In this document: in pieces, positions 1 to 9,295 of the stretch
Numbering within the stretch: the first letter of the stretch is position 1
How the letters are laid out: every line of letters begins with the position of its first letter
Source of the DNA: a virus
Taxonomy: Duplodnaviria; Caudoviricetes
Strand: one strand, 5' to 3'
Virus record (IMG/VR): IMGVR_UViG_3300012943_000006
Coordinates: 1 to 57,985 of that record
DNA length: 57,985 nt
Program-made: the position numbers and the translations under genes
The notes under the pieces: generated by a model
What the model was told of the DNA's origin: nothing
Seen by the model: only the letters and a program-made list of their open reading frames with translations
The model's database searches: none

Positions 1-30
1 GCTGGATCTGCTCGTCGGTGTGTCTCATCC
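1..30. repeat. 30-bp direct terminal repeat (left copy); circular assembly overlap
   Basis: GCTGGATCTGCTCGTCGGTGTGTCTCATCC is identical to 57956-57985. After joining the ends, the TGA stop of ORF 25-114 overlaps the ATG of 57552-57983 (ATGA coupling), as elsewhere in the genome. Confidence 0.95.
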
Positions 31-114
31 GGCGTTCCACCAGGCGTACACGCCCAGCCCCACGAACGAGCCTATGAACATGGCGTACTCGGCGAGGGTG
101 AGCAGCCGGATCAA
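25..114 (-). CDS. small membrane peptide
   Basis: TTG start overlaps upstream stop; hydrophobic LLTLAEYAMFIGSFVGLGVYAWW; stop coupled across the circular junction. Confidence 0.45.
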   Translation of the reverse strand: MIRLLTLAEYAMFIGSFVGLGVYAWWNAG

Positions 115-365
115 GCGGCACCGCCAGAGGAGGCGCGGGCGTCGCAGTGGTAGGTGATCTCCCACGTCGGGTGCAGAATGATCGGCTCGTCGTCGCCGTC
201 CAGAAGTACATGCAGGTAATGGGTTGCCTGCGGGCATGCGCCAACGATCGTTCCCTGCTCGCCTGTGTAAACCGTTACGCGACCACCGACCTCGGCGGGA
301 ACGTGGTAGCGCCCCCGGATGTAGTCGAGGCTCGCCCGTTCCCCTGGTGTTGCCTTGTTGGCCAT
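111..365 (-). CDS. conserved small phage protein
   Basis: YIRGRYHVPA-GGRV-GTIVGA-YLHVLLDG-HPTW pattern resembles a common phage hypothetical family; start re-called at MANKAT. Confidence 0.65.
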   Translation of the reverse strand: MANKATPGERASLDYIRGRYHVPAEVGGRVTVYTGEQGTIVGACPQATHYLHVLLDGDDEPIILHPTWEITYHCDARASSGGAA

Positions 366-388
366 GTTGCGCCAACGGTCGGGGGCGG

Positions 389-589
389 TCACGGCCGCTC
401 CTCGCGAAGCAATGCAAGTTCGGCGGCAAGACTTTCGATGGCCCGCGCGCCTTCGTCCAGAAGATGATCGGGGGCTTCGCAGCCCGTTCCTGTTGTCGTC
501 CACCCGGTTAGTCGGCGGCTCACGGAGCGCATCCGGGCAGGCAGGTCGTCGGGCACCGGCAGCTTCGGCTTTCGTGTGAACAGACTCAC
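389..589 (-). CDS. hypothetical protein
   Basis: 66-aa ORF with 4-nt overlap with the upstream gene. Confidence 0.5.
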   Translation of the reverse strand: MSLFTRKPKLPVPDDLPARMRSVSRRLTGWTTTGTGCEAPDHLLDEGARAIESLAAELALLREERP

Positions 590-738
590 GGCTGCTCCTC
601 ACGGTTGCGTTTGTCGTACTGGCCGGTGCTGATCGCGTTCGCGGCGTGCTTGATGTCTTGGGCGAGCGCTGGGTCGTCGCAGAGCATCCGGGCCACGAGC
701 AGCAGCAGCTTCGCGACCATCTCCTCACGCCACGTCAT
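586..738 (-). CDS. hypothetical protein
   Basis: MTWREEMVAKLLLL...; ATGA coupling; RBS GGAG. Confidence 0.55.
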   Translation of the reverse strand: MTWREEMVAKLLLLVARMLCDDPALAQDIKHAANAISTGQYDKRNREEQP

Positions 739-1169
739 GCCGTCTCCTCGGTGTCGGTGGGGAACAGGGCGAGGGCGGCGCGTGCCCTCGCGCCTGGCCC
801 TTGACCGTCCCAGCCGTCCGTCTCGATGAGGTACTTCGGTGCGGCTACGGCAGGCGGAGCGGCAGGGACGTAGTTTCGGCGTTCGGCGTACCACTTCAGG
901 GCATCTCTGAACTTGACCACCGCGTCGAGGGCGGCGGGCAGGCCGATCTCCTCCATGTGGGCGCACCATGAGCAGCCGGAGTGAAGCGCGGCATCGACGT
1001 TCTCGTAGTGCGGGCAGGCTGTCGCGTCGCGCAGCACGACGATCGGGTCGTCAGGCGGCTGCAGAAGATGCCGGTCGCACCAACAGGTGTCGCATACCCC
1101 GTTCATGCGTTCGGTCAGCAGGCGTCCGCAGTCGCAGTGCGGGTCGTACATCGGGTCGGGGGCGGTCAC
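735..1169 (-). CDS. hypothetical Cys-rich protein
   Basis: RBS GGAGG; CxC/CxxC motifs; ALKWYA motif typical of small phage proteins. Confidence 0.6.
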   Translation of the reverse strand: MTAPDPMYDPHCDCGRLLTERMNGVCDTCWCDRHLLQPPDDPIVVLRDATACPHYENVDAALHSGCSWCAHMEEIGLPAALDAVVKFRDALKWYAERRNYVPAAPPAVAAPKYLIETDGWDGQGPGARARAALALFPTDTEETA

Positions 1170-1242
1170 GAGCCAGCCTCCGCGCGGCTAACACGGCCTC
1201 GACACCTGATGGTCGCGACGGAACTCGCTGATCTCCCTTCGC

Positions 1243-1353
1243 TCACGTGAACAGCCTGACCCATCCCTCGATGCACCACGACAGCCACCCGAACACGAGC
1301 GGGATCAGCATCCAGCGGGGCACCCTGTACGCGTACGTCAGCCAGCGGATCAC
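1243..1353 (-). CDS. small membrane peptide
   Basis: GTG start overlapping a TGA; hydrophobic WMLIPLVFGWLSW. Confidence 0.35.
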   Translation of the reverse strand: MIRWLTYAYRVPRWMLIPLVFGWLSWCIEGWVRLFT

Positions 1354-1459
1354 TGGTCCGCCTTTGCCCGGGCGAGCGCCGCCCGCAGGTCCGCGAGCTT
1401 CCGGTGCAACGCCGCCGCCCGACCGTGGTCGGTCTTCTCGCGCACCGGCAGAAGAACGG

Positions 1460-1666
1460 TCACGCATCCGCGATCCCCCAAGCTCGGGCCAGCACCGGCT
1501 CCGCATCCCCGAGCGCAGAGCAGCGGGAACACAGACCGTAGGCCGGGTGGCTACAAGTGCAGGACGTGGCTCGCAGCGCCTCTACCGCCGCATCAAACGC
1601 GTCGCGCAGTTCGTCGTACGCCGGTTCGGTGCTGGGCGCACCGGCAGAAGGCACGTCAGCGGCCAT
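1460..1666 (-). CDS. hypothetical Zn-ribbon protein
   Basis: CTC..H...CSRC motif; 68 aa. Confidence 0.5.
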   Translation of the reverse strand: MAADVPSAGAPSTEPAYDELRDAFDAAVEALRATSCTCSHPAYGLCSRCSALGDAEPVLARAWGIADA

Positions 1667-1775
1667 GAAGCCTCAACGCCAGCCGTCCGAGCCACGTCAG
1701 GTGCGAATCGTGCGGGCTGCTATCAGCGCAGCCACGGCAACGGCGCGTCCAAAGACGCGCAGGGATGATACTCAC
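1656..1775 (-). CDS. small hypothetical protein
   Basis: Strong RBS AGGAGG before GTG; CxxC..H.SH; below the ORF-track size cutoff. Confidence 0.45.
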   Translation of the reverse strand: MSIIPARLWTRRCRGCADSSPHDSHLTWLGRLALRLHGR

Positions 1776-1857
1776 AGGAACCTCCTGAATGGTGGTGGGC
1801 GCACCGGCAGAAGAACGGTCACGCATCACGGCGCTCCGGTGGTCGGGTCGGCGATAG

Positions 1858-2610
1858 TCACGCGTTGCCTCCTGTGGCTACGATCTGCCTGTTGGCCCGC
1901 TCCACCCACGCCTCCGGCACCTGCACCGTCTCCATCGTCGCGGTGACATCCATGTCCGGCCACATGATCGAGTCGATGTGGCTATTACGGTGGAACCGGC
2001 CGCCGTCTAGATCACGGTACCGGAGCCACCTGGCCTCCCGCTCCCCCCGGTTCGCCCAGCCGAAATGGTAAACAGCGACATCCGAGTAGACCGCCCGCAA
2101 GCTGCCGACGGTGATCGGGGTCCTGCCGCACGCCAGCTGCCGGTCAGCGATCGCCCACCGGCGGTTCATCGTCCTTGGGACACGCCACACGATCGACACC
2201 GGGTGTTCGCACCAGCCGCCGTCCTGGCGGACCTGCAGCGAGTCCGGCCTGGCCTGCCAAACCTCGCGCATACAGAGGCTCCAGGCGTCACCGCGCTCGA
2301 GTTGTTCCCGGAGCTTCGGCCCCGCGAGGATCAGTTCGTCGGCGTCGACCGCCACCACGTGGGTCGGGTTCGCCTGCAGCGTCCAGTCCAACCCCAGCTG
2401 GCGCACCCGTCCCTCATGGTCGAAGAACGCGCTCTCCGGGCTTCCGTTGACCTGGACGGCCGGGTGGCGGCTCAGGATGCCCAGCGTGTCGTCTGTGCTT
2501 CCGTCGTCCCACACGCGGATCTCGTCGACGAACTCCGCCAGAGCCGCCAAACACGGCTCCAGGTAGCGGTCGGCCTCATTGTGGGTCACCATGCTTGCCA
2601 CCAACCTCAT
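1858..2610 (-). CDS. glycosyltransferase family 2
   Basis: MVTHNEADRYL...VWDDGSTDDT...VAVDADE (GT-A DxD). Confidence 0.9.
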   Translation of the reverse strand: MRLVASMVTHNEADRYLEPCLAALAEFVDEIRVWDDGSTDDTLGILSRHPAVQVNGSPESAFFDHEGRVRQLGLDWTLQANPTHVVAVDADELILAGPKLREQLERGDAWSLCMREVWQARPDSLQVRQDGGWCEHPVSIVWRVPRTMNRRWAIADRQLACGRTPITVGSLRAVYSDVAVYHFGWANRGEREARWLRYRDLDGGRFHRNSHIDSIMWPDMDVTATMETVQVPEAWVERANRQIVATGGNA

Positions 2611-3320
2611 GTGCTCTCCGCTCTGATCGTCGACGGGAACCAGTCCCAGTGATGCGCCGATTCCATCGGGTATTTCCACCACGGCCGCTGCCAACCGACC
2701 TGCTCGTAGAACGCGGACAGGCTCACCCACGGCTCCACCGGCACCCTATCCAAGCACGGAGCGTTCACCTCTGGGAAGATCCAGCCCACTCGGGGACGGT
2801 TGGTGTGTTGCCACTCCGTGAAACCGAACCGGCCGTTGGCCCTCATCCTCCTAGCCCCGCCGAACGCCGACGAGCGCATCATCCCGACCCCGCCTATGTG
2901 CCTGGCCGGGACGAACATCCGCTTGATGAAACTCATGTCGTCGGTCTGCAAACCGTGGGGATGCCCGATCTCCATGCCCAGCAAGTCGATCTCCGGAGAC
3001 CACACGCACAGCAGGCTCTCGAGCCAGCCCGGCGGCACTGCGATGTCGTTGTCAATCTTGGCGAATTGCTCGGCCGGGTCGTTGCGCAGGTAGTGGAGCA
3101 TCACCCCGACCGGCGACCGTTCGTGCGTCTGCCGGAACACCACCTCGCACGGAGCTTCCCCGATCAAAGACTGCAACCGGCCCACAGTCGTCGAATCGCT
3201 GCCGTCGTCGTAGACCACCAGTCGCCGCGTCAACTCCCAGTTCGTGTTCTCGAACAGCAGCCGCAACGAAAGCTCGGTGAACTCCCACCGGTTCCACGAC
3301 AGGAACAAGATGTCAAGCAT
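2607..3320 (-). CDS. glycosyltransferase family 2
   Basis: ILFLSWNR...VYDDGSD...FAKIDNDI. Confidence 0.85.
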   Translation of the reverse strand: MLDILFLSWNRWEFTELSLRLLFENTNWELTRRLVVYDDGSDSTTVGRLQSLIGEAPCEVVFRQTHERSPVGVMLHYLRNDPAEQFAKIDNDIAVPPGWLESLLCVWSPEIDLLGMEIGHPHGLQTDDMSFIKRMFVPARHIGGVGMMRSSAFGGARRMRANGRFGFTEWQHTNRPRVGWIFPEVNAPCLDRVPVEPWVSLSAFYEQVGWQRPWWKYPMESAHHWDWFPSTIRAEST

Positions 3321-4053
3321 CTCGCACCTGCAGCGCAAGCTCGAGCGCCCTAGCCCTCTCCGCCACGTGCTCCGGCTGGCGGTACATCCGGCTCTCGTCC
3401 GTGGCCCAGGCGAGGTTCATCTTCGGGACGTCCACCAGGACACGTGGGGATAGCGCGGTGAACACCACGTCACACGTCCGGTCCAGCGCCCACCGGTCCG
3501 CCTCAGACGGCACGATCGTCTCGTCCAAGTAATAAGCGTCCCAGTAGCGCTTGAACGCCCGCGCTGGTGCGTCGCGGCGGAACACCCCGCCGAACCCGAC
3601 CAAAGCATGGTCCTTGTAGAAGTCGTGTCGGAACTCCTGCGGCATGTTGCACACCACGTGGTCCTGGCGTCCCCACGACGGGATCAGCCACTGGGTGACA
3701 AGCTCGATCGGGTCGCTCACCATCACGTCGTCGTCCTGGACGTAGATCAGGTCGCCACCGGCGTAGTCGATCGCCGCGTACCTCCCGTAGACCGACCGGT
3801 CAGGGAACACCGACCGTTCAAGCCCCAGGTCCAGCGTCCCCTGGTCTAGACGGACCATCCCCCCACTGCCAACCTGGACCACATGCTGTCGTTCTTGGCC
3901 GTAGCGCCACACCCCCTCCGGGGTCCATGAACTGACCCCCTGGCCGTTGGTCCAGACCAGCTTCTCCCAGTTGGCCGGGAGAGACTCCAAGATCGGCTGC
4001 AGGTCGACGTCGCCCCGGGTGACAACGATAGCGGTGACGCGGATGTCGCTCAC
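3313..4053 (-). CDS. glycosyltransferase (GT-A fold)
   Basis: TAIVVTRG...YGRYAA...IYVQDDD. Confidence 0.75.
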   Translation of the reverse strand: MSDIRVTAIVVTRGDVDLQPILESLPANWEKLVWTNGQGVSSWTPEGVWRYGQERQHVVQVGSGGMVRLDQGTLDLGLERSVFPDRSVYGRYAAIDYAGGDLIYVQDDDVMVSDPIELVTQWLIPSWGRQDHVVCNMPQEFRHDFYKDHALVGFGGVFRRDAPARAFKRYWDAYYLDETIVPSEADRWALDRTCDVVFTALSPRVLVDVPKMNLAWATDESRMYRQPEHVAERARALELALQVRDA

Positions 4054-4571
4054 ATGTCCCACCTTTCGAACGGGAACGGCAACATCGCCTCGTATCGCCT
4101 TACCAGAGCCTCTGCCTCGTCCAGCTGATCACAACTCTCGGCGTGGCTCCAGATCCCGTGTTTGCACTCAGGACAATGCCACTCGACCAGCAGCCGCTCG
4201 AGACCGACCTCCTCCGCCAGGAGCTTCTCCACGATCGCGTACTCCGCCCCCTCGCAATCGAGCTTCAACACCGGCCAGTGGACCAGACTCACGATGAACG
4301 CCGCCAGGTCGATGCACTTGACCTCTACCCCCCCGAACTCCTGAACGATGTGCGCCCCCAGATTCTCCCCCTCGAACTGCACCGCTCCGTCATGGATCCA
4401 CGCCGCCGCGCTGCTCACCACGACCAGCGTGCCCCGGATCCGCGCCTGCCCATCCTGCGACTGCGGGTCGAACCCATACAGGACACTCGGCTGGAACCGA
4501 TCGATCAGACGGCCCATCGAGCTATCTCCCCCATGGGCCGCGCACCCGACGTCGATAACCATCTCTGTCAC
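4050..4571 (-). CDS. FkbM-family methyltransferase
   Basis: VIDVGC, YGFDP, AAAWIHDG, VKCIDL, LKLDCEGAEY, LLVEWH. Confidence 0.88.
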   Translation of the reverse strand: MTEMVIDVGCAAHGGDSSMGRLIDRFQPSVLYGFDPQSQDGQARIRGTLVVVSSAAAWIHDGAVQFEGENLGAHIVQEFGGVEVKCIDLAAFIVSLVHWPVLKLDCEGAEYAIVEKLLAEEVGLERLLVEWHCPECKHGIWSHAESCDQLDEAEALVRRYEAMLPFPFERWDM

Positions 4572-5062
4572 GCTTGGACCACCGCCTCCCATCCTGTCGC
4601 CCAGTTCTCGCCCTCGAACCTGATTGCCGCCCGGACCACCACGTTCCACGACGTGAACCGCGCCTCTGCCAACAGCTTTACTACACCACTCGGAGTGAAC
4701 CGCCACAAGTCCTCTTCCTCCACGAGCGGCCAGTTCGTCGGCCCGGTCATCAACAACGACCCGCCGTCGTGCAGTTGAGTTTTGAGGAATCGCAGCGTGT
4801 AATCCGGAGACGGGCAATACTGGAGCACCTGGGTGCAGATCACCGCGTCGAACCTGCCCCGGACAGCGGCGGTGTCTTTCTCGACAACGCTCCCGGGGAA
4901 CTCCGGGGAATCGTACGGCACATACTCCGCCCCGGCTGCCTCAACGATGTCCCGGTACGGTTGGCGGCCCGCTCCGTAGTCGAGCACCCGTTTCCCCATG
5001 TGCTTCTGGTTCCTCAACAGGAACGCCCGGATGGTCGAGGACTCGAGGTCACGGATGCTCAT
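4568..5062 (-). CDS. class I SAM-dependent methyltransferase
   Basis: VLDYGAGRQPY, FDAVICTQVLQY, DLWRFT; type usually found in glycan loci. Confidence 0.88.
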   Translation of the reverse strand: MSIRDLESSTIRAFLLRNQKHMGKRVLDYGAGRQPYRDIVEAAGAEYVPYDSPEFPGSVVEKDTAAVRGRFDAVICTQVLQYCPSPDYTLRFLKTQLHDGGSLLMTGPTNWPLVEEEDLWRFTPSGVVKLLAEARFTSWNVVVRAAIRFEGENWATGWEAVVQA

Positions 5063-5802
5063 CGCCGGTGCTCCGCCGCGTCCGGGCACGTGTAGAAATG
5101 CGAATAGAACCGGGGCACCGACCTGCCCACGTCTTCGTCCCAGGTGACAACAACCCCACCCTCGTTGATGAACAGGTTCCCCAACGGGGCTGGTTCCATA
5201 TCGAGCGGTATCTTTTTACCGGCCTTGGTGGTCTCCCACCGGATCTCCGCCCCACAGGTCTTGCATTGGCTCATAACCCACTCCCTCAGGTCGATCATCG
5301 AGGTGAACCACGGCGCGCGCGCAGGGATCTCGTGCTGCGACCGGTAACACGACAGAGCTTTCAGCTTCAACGCGATCCACGCCGACCGGTACGGCACCTC
5401 CGCCCCCATCCGCGTCCGCCCGCCCGACCGAGTGTACGTGCTATACCTGGTCGTCATGCCCTCGCCCCACACAGCTACCGCCTGCTGGCCAACCATGTTG
5501 TGCTCGGCGTGCCCGCCCTCTTCCACCGCCGGAGCGAACACCTGGGTGGCCCCGTGGATCTTCCGCATCTCCCTGCCCACGTCGTGCAGATCGAACTGCC
5601 CCTCGATCAACCCGGAGAAATGGACCGACAGATCGGGCTGCAGACAGCACAGCGCACGGACGGTCTCCTGCCTCCGTGTCGACGCCACCAGCGGATCCGG
5701 GTCGTCCGCGACCACGAACACTATCGGCCGGTGGCGGATTATCAACCAGGCCGCAAACAACGTCTCGTCGTCGGAGTGCGGAGCAAACAGGACAGCCCTC
5801 AT
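5059..5802 (-). CDS. PIG-L/LmbE-family de-N-acetylase with in-frame C-terminal Zn-ribbon domain
   Basis: APHSDDE, RRQE, H.EH, YRSQ motifs; then CKTCGAEIRW...SHFYTCP. Confidence 0.85.
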   Translation of the reverse strand: MRAVLFAPHSDDETLFAAWLIIRHRPIVFVVADDPDPLVASTRRQETVRALCCLQPDLSVHFSGLIEGQFDLHDVGREMRKIHGATQVFAPAVEEGGHAEHNMVGQQAVAVWGEGMTTRYSTYTRSGGRTRMGAEVPYRSAWIALKLKALSCYRSQHEIPARAPWFTSMIDLREWVMSQCKTCGAEIRWETTKAGKKIPLDMEPAPLGNLFINEGGVVVTWDEDVGRSVPRFYSHFYTCPDAAEHRR

Positions 5803-6476
5803 GCCAGCGCCCTCGAGCGCTCCTGGAACAGCGCAGCGTCCTCGCGGCTCGTCGCCAGTCCCCGCTTGTACGTGTCGTCCATCTGCCCCTTGCGCCAATA
5901 CGGGTGCAGGTGCTCCACCTTCGAGTCATGGGCGAACGCCCACTGCCCCCGTGCCTGCGCGCAGGTCACAAGCTCCGTGTCACAATACTGATGCGCATAG
6001 CCCTCGTGGTAGACCACACCCGGTCCGTCCCACCCGCCGCCAAACCGTTCTATGTAGTCACGGCGGACAACCGCATGCGTCGAGTGCCCACCCTTCATCA
6101 CCGTTGGGTTGCCCAGGTCGTTTGTCCCGACCACCCCGACCTCCATCATGTCACCCACCTCGAGCGCCGCGCTCGCCCACCCCTCGTGCAGGTGGATGTC
6201 CGAAGCCCCCAGCAGCAGCCACTCTGCGTCGGTCACATCGAATCCCGTGTTGATCTTGCGCGCGTAGTCGCCCGGCTGTGGCTCGTCCGGCAGGACAACG
6301 AACTCCTCACCGGAATGGTGAAGCTCGTTCACAACCGCTCGGTCTGACTCGCTCGCCAGGAACAGCAGACGGTAGTCGATCTCCCGGTCGTAGCTGCTCA
6401 TCACGTCACCGACCAGACGCTCGATCGCAGTTGCCCGGCCCAGCATCGGGATCAGGATGTCGACTGATCTTCCCAT
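5799..6476 (-). CDS. glycosyltransferase family 2
   Basis: ILIPMLGR, YARKIN.G, Y.HQYCDTEL, VEHLHP. Confidence 0.82.
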   Translation of the reverse strand: MGRSVDILIPMLGRATAIERLVGDVMSSYDREIDYRLLFLASESDRAVVNELHHSGEEFVVLPDEPQPGDYARKINTGFDVTDAEWLLLGASDIHLHEGWASAALEVGDMMEVGVVGTNDLGNPTVMKGGHSTHAVVRRDYIERFGGGWDGPGVVYHEGYAHQYCDTELVTCAQARGQWAFAHDSKVEHLHPYWRKGQMDDTYKRGLATSREDAALFQERSRALA

Positions 6477-6736
6477 ATCATCCCCACGGTCTCGTCGATC
6501 CACTGCTGGTCGATGATCCCGGCGTTCAACAGGTCTGTCCACCAACGCCGGTGGCGGTCCATCACGTTCACCGGAGACCGCCTGTCCAGCGCCTGGCACG
6601 GCAGACAGAGCGCCGACTCCGGTTCCCGCCGCGCTTTGCGGATACGCTTGGCCGACGCGTCGAAATAGCAGTTGCAGGACACACACTGGAGCTTCGCTTG
6701 CCGGTACCCGTGGACAGGGACCGTCACGACACTCAT
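6452..6736 (-). CDS. hypothetical Zn-ribbon protein
   Basis: CVSC...CLPC; ATGA coupling to terL. Confidence 0.55.
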   Translation of the reverse strand: MSVVTVPVHGYRQAKLQCVSCNCYFDASAKRIRKARREPESALCLPCQALDRRSPVNVMDRHRRWWTDLLNAGIIDQQWIDETVGMIWEDQSTS

Positions 6737-8253
6737 ATCCGTTCGTCCGGCAACAAGATCTGGCTAGGCAACGGAGACCTGGTGTTCAGGTAGTTGACCG
6801 CCTGAGACCACGAGTCGACCTGGTCGTCGTACTGTCCTTTGTTGAACTTCGCAAGCTCGTCGATGAACTCCATCACGTACGCCGGTGTGCGCCCCGAATC
6901 CGGTCCTGTCAAGTCTGGCAACGGGAACCCCGGGAGGAAGCAGTTACCAGCCTCGAGCGTCGGCTGTGCGTTCTCCGCCCTAGCGACCTTGTCTGCCACC
7001 GCTGTCCAGGGGATCACCCCCGGGATCTCCCGGGTAAGCTCGTCGATGATCGTCACGCCGTTAGCGGACTTCTCCACCAGGGTCACGATCCCCGCCTGCG
7101 GCCAGGTAGCCTGAAGCCACGCCCGGACCTCTTTCATCGCCCGCTTGGTAGCGCCCAGGCTCATCCGCTCTCTGACCAGACGGAGCATGTACAGGTCGGA
7201 GACAGAACGACCCCACACCGTGCCAACCACATAGTCCGACGTTGTCTTCTCTTTGAACGCCGTGTCCCACGAACTGACGATCAGCCGGAACTCCGGCAGC
7301 CGCCCAGGCTCGTCCAGGAACAGCGGCGGGAAATACTTCCACCACGCCCGCTTCAACAGATCTCCCTCGCGCGCCGCCGGAAGCTGTTGCAGCTGACCGG
7401 CCGCCCGGTACGACCCCATCTGGGTCTTCAACTGGGTGACCGCGTTGCGCGAGAACCGCTCCGGCCACAGAAGCTCCCCCGGCTCCGACCTCGGATCGTC
7501 CGGCCACATAAACGGGTGTTTCGGGTCGTACTCCGCAGGGAGACAAAGATGGTGCCAGCCACCCTGCTCCAGCACATGCCCGGCCAGGTCGCGCTCGTGG
7601 AGCCGCTGCATCACGATCACCTCGACGCCGCGCTCCGGCTCGTTGAACCTGGTGGAGATCGTCCCGTCGTGCCAGTCCAACACGGTCTGCCGTTCCAGGT
7701 CGGACTCCGCCTCATCGGTCTTGTGCGGGTCGTCGATCAGGATCACGTCACCGCCCTCGCCGGTTCCCACCCCGCCCACCGACGTCGCTATGCGGTAGCC
7801 CTTCTGGTCGTTCTCGTACCGGCTCTTCGTGTTCTGGTCGTCCGACAGCTGATAGACGTCGCCCCACAGCCGTTGGTACCAGTCGCTCATGATCAAAGCT
7901 CGTGTCTTGCGCGCGTCCCTGGTCGCCAGCTGGTCACCGTAGCTCGCGGTCAGGAACCGAATACCAGGCTCGAATGTCCACCACCACGCAGGCCAAAACA
8001 CCTCGATATTCAGACTCTTCATGTGCCTCGGCGGGATGTTCACCAGGAGCCTGAGGATGTCGCGCTCGGTCGCGGCCTCGAGCGCCTCGGAGATCGCGTC
8101 GATATGCCAGTTGTGGACATACCGGTAGCCAGGCTCGATGATCGGCCACGCCGCCCTGGTGAACTCCGCCAACGAACCGGACAGGAGCCTGGCCTCCGCC
8201 CGCCGGTCAAGCTCCAACTGGAGATTGTCCGGCGTGGCGACAAGCATAGTCAA
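6733..8253 (-). CDS. terL: terminase large subunit
   Basis: LLVNIPPRHMKS, GEGGDVILIDDPHK, VMQRLHERD, SWDTAFK, EKSANG, DDQVD. Confidence 0.96.
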   Translation of the reverse strand: MTMLVATPDNLQLELDRRAEARLLSGSLAEFTRAAWPIIEPGYRYVHNWHIDAISEALEAATERDILRLLVNIPPRHMKSLNIEVFWPAWWWTFEPGIRFLTASYGDQLATRDARKTRALIMSDWYQRLWGDVYQLSDDQNTKSRYENDQKGYRIATSVGGVGTGEGGDVILIDDPHKTDEAESDLERQTVLDWHDGTISTRFNEPERGVEVIVMQRLHERDLAGHVLEQGGWHHLCLPAEYDPKHPFMWPDDPRSEPGELLWPERFSRNAVTQLKTQMGSYRAAGQLQQLPAAREGDLLKRAWWKYFPPLFLDEPGRLPEFRLIVSSWDTAFKEKTTSDYVVGTVWGRSVSDLYMLRLVRERMSLGATKRAMKEVRAWLQATWPQAGIVTLVEKSANGVTIIDELTREIPGVIPWTAVADKVARAENAQPTLEAGNCFLPGFPLPDLTGPDSGRTPAYVMEFIDELAKFNKGQYDDQVDSWSQAVNYLNTRSPLPSQILLPDERI

Positions 8254-8759
8254 GGTGTAAGCTCCGGCGGTTTGCGCTGTAGGAGGTCGCGCAGCTGCTC
8301 AAGCTCCTCGTCCGAATAGAGTGCCACGTCGATCGCAGGCATCGCCCGCAGGTCCAGCCCCCCCTCGAGCTTCAACTTGCGGAACACGTCCCAGTCCGGA
8401 TGGTAGACGATCGCCAGGTTGTGCAACAGCTGCGGCGGCCCGTCCGGATCGAGCGCCCGGTTCACATACGCCGCCTGGATCCGGTCCACCAGCCCCGGCC
8501 TGCCCTTCCCCTTCGCCGCGTCAACCTGCTTCCCGAACTCCTCGTCGCGTTTCGCCTCGGAGCGCATCCTCGAGCCTGTAAGTCCAAGCTCGTGCGCGGC
8601 CTCGTTTCCGGACATCCCCTCTTCCAGCAGGACCAGGTACCGCTCTTTCGCCGCCGCCGTGATCCGCCGCCTTTGCGCCTTGTCAAGCTCGACAACCGTC
8701 AGCTGCTTCCCGTCGATCGAGACGACGTTGTCCGGGAGGGGCTTGCCACGGCCTGCCAT
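8250..8759 (-). CDS. terS: terminase small subunit (putative)
   Basis: HTH-like segment (LEEGMSGNEAAHELG...RDEEF); directly upstream of and coupled to terL. Confidence 0.7.
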   Translation of the reverse strand: MAGRGKPLPDNVVSIDGKQLTVVELDKAQRRRITAAAKERYLVLLEEGMSGNEAAHELGLTGSRMRSEAKRDEEFGKQVDAAKGKGRPGLVDRIQAAYVNRALDPDGPPQLLHNLAIVYHPDWDVFRKLKLEGGLDLRAMPAIDVALYSDEELEQLRDLLQRKPPELTP

Positions 8760-9295
8760 CAGAGGGATTGTACCACCCGGGTCCCGTAGGTCATTAGACA
8801 CCAAGCATCCCGATAGTCTGGTTGCGCCTCGAACGACGCCGCGACAGGACCACGGACCGCCTTCATCCACTCCTGGAACTCGGGCATGTTGTCCAGCGTG
8901 GCAGCGATCCACGGCTTGTGCTTCTGCCCCACCGGCGGCGCTCCCCTCCCCAGGACCTCTTTTTTCCACGACGCCGGGTTGACCCAGTGCCACGTCGCGT
9001 CCCGGTACGACGCCACGAACGCCGCGAAGATCGCCCCGGCGGACATGCACAGCAGTCGGGTGGTCGCCGGGTTCTTCGCCAACGCCAGCGGTTCCTCGCA
9101 GAACACATGGGAACCGAACGGGACGAACGAAAACATCTCCTTCGCCAGTCTGAAGATCTCCGCCCTGGCCAGATCGATGTTCGGGTGCCCCGATTCCAGG
9201 AACGCGTAACGGACCTTCAGCTGATGGACCGGCTGGCTGGTCACGAAGTGCAGAGACCTGGAGTTCGTGTCGATCCCCATGACGAGTGGCTCCAT
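8759..9295 (-). CDS. RuvC-like Holliday junction resolvase
   Basis: MGIDT, VFCEEP, VNPASWKK.VLG, DYRDA. Confidence 0.8.
   Translation of the reverse strand: MEPLVMGIDTNSRSLHFVTSQPVHQLKVRYAFLESGHPNIDLARAEIFRLAKEMFSFVPFGSHVFCEEPLALAKNPATTRLLCMSAGAIFAAFVASYRDATWHWVNPASWKKEVLGRGAPPVGQKHKPWIAATLDNMPEFQEWMKAVRGPVAASFEAQPDYRDAWCLMTYGTRVVQSL
8767..8775 (-). promoter_or_regulatory. extended -10 promoter (TGG-TACAAT) upstream of terS
   Basis: TGnTACAAT ends 7 nt before the terS ATG. Confidence 0.6.

Larger units (their letters stand above)
1440..1827. repeat. dispersed 29-bp direct repeat (1440-1468, 1799-1827) plus partial copy (1633-1650)
   Basis: GCGCACCGGCAGAAGAACGGTCACGCATC occurs twice exactly; TGGGCGCACCGGCAGAAG at 1633 matches 1796. 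Confidence 0.9.

Noticed and set aside
1-30. Physical terminal repeat or att site
   Set aside because: Falls across a coupled gene junction, no integrase present; best explained as assembler circular overlap
1440-1827. 29-bp repeats as a CRISPR array
   Set aside because: Only two full copies, 359 bp apart; no regular spacers and no cas operon
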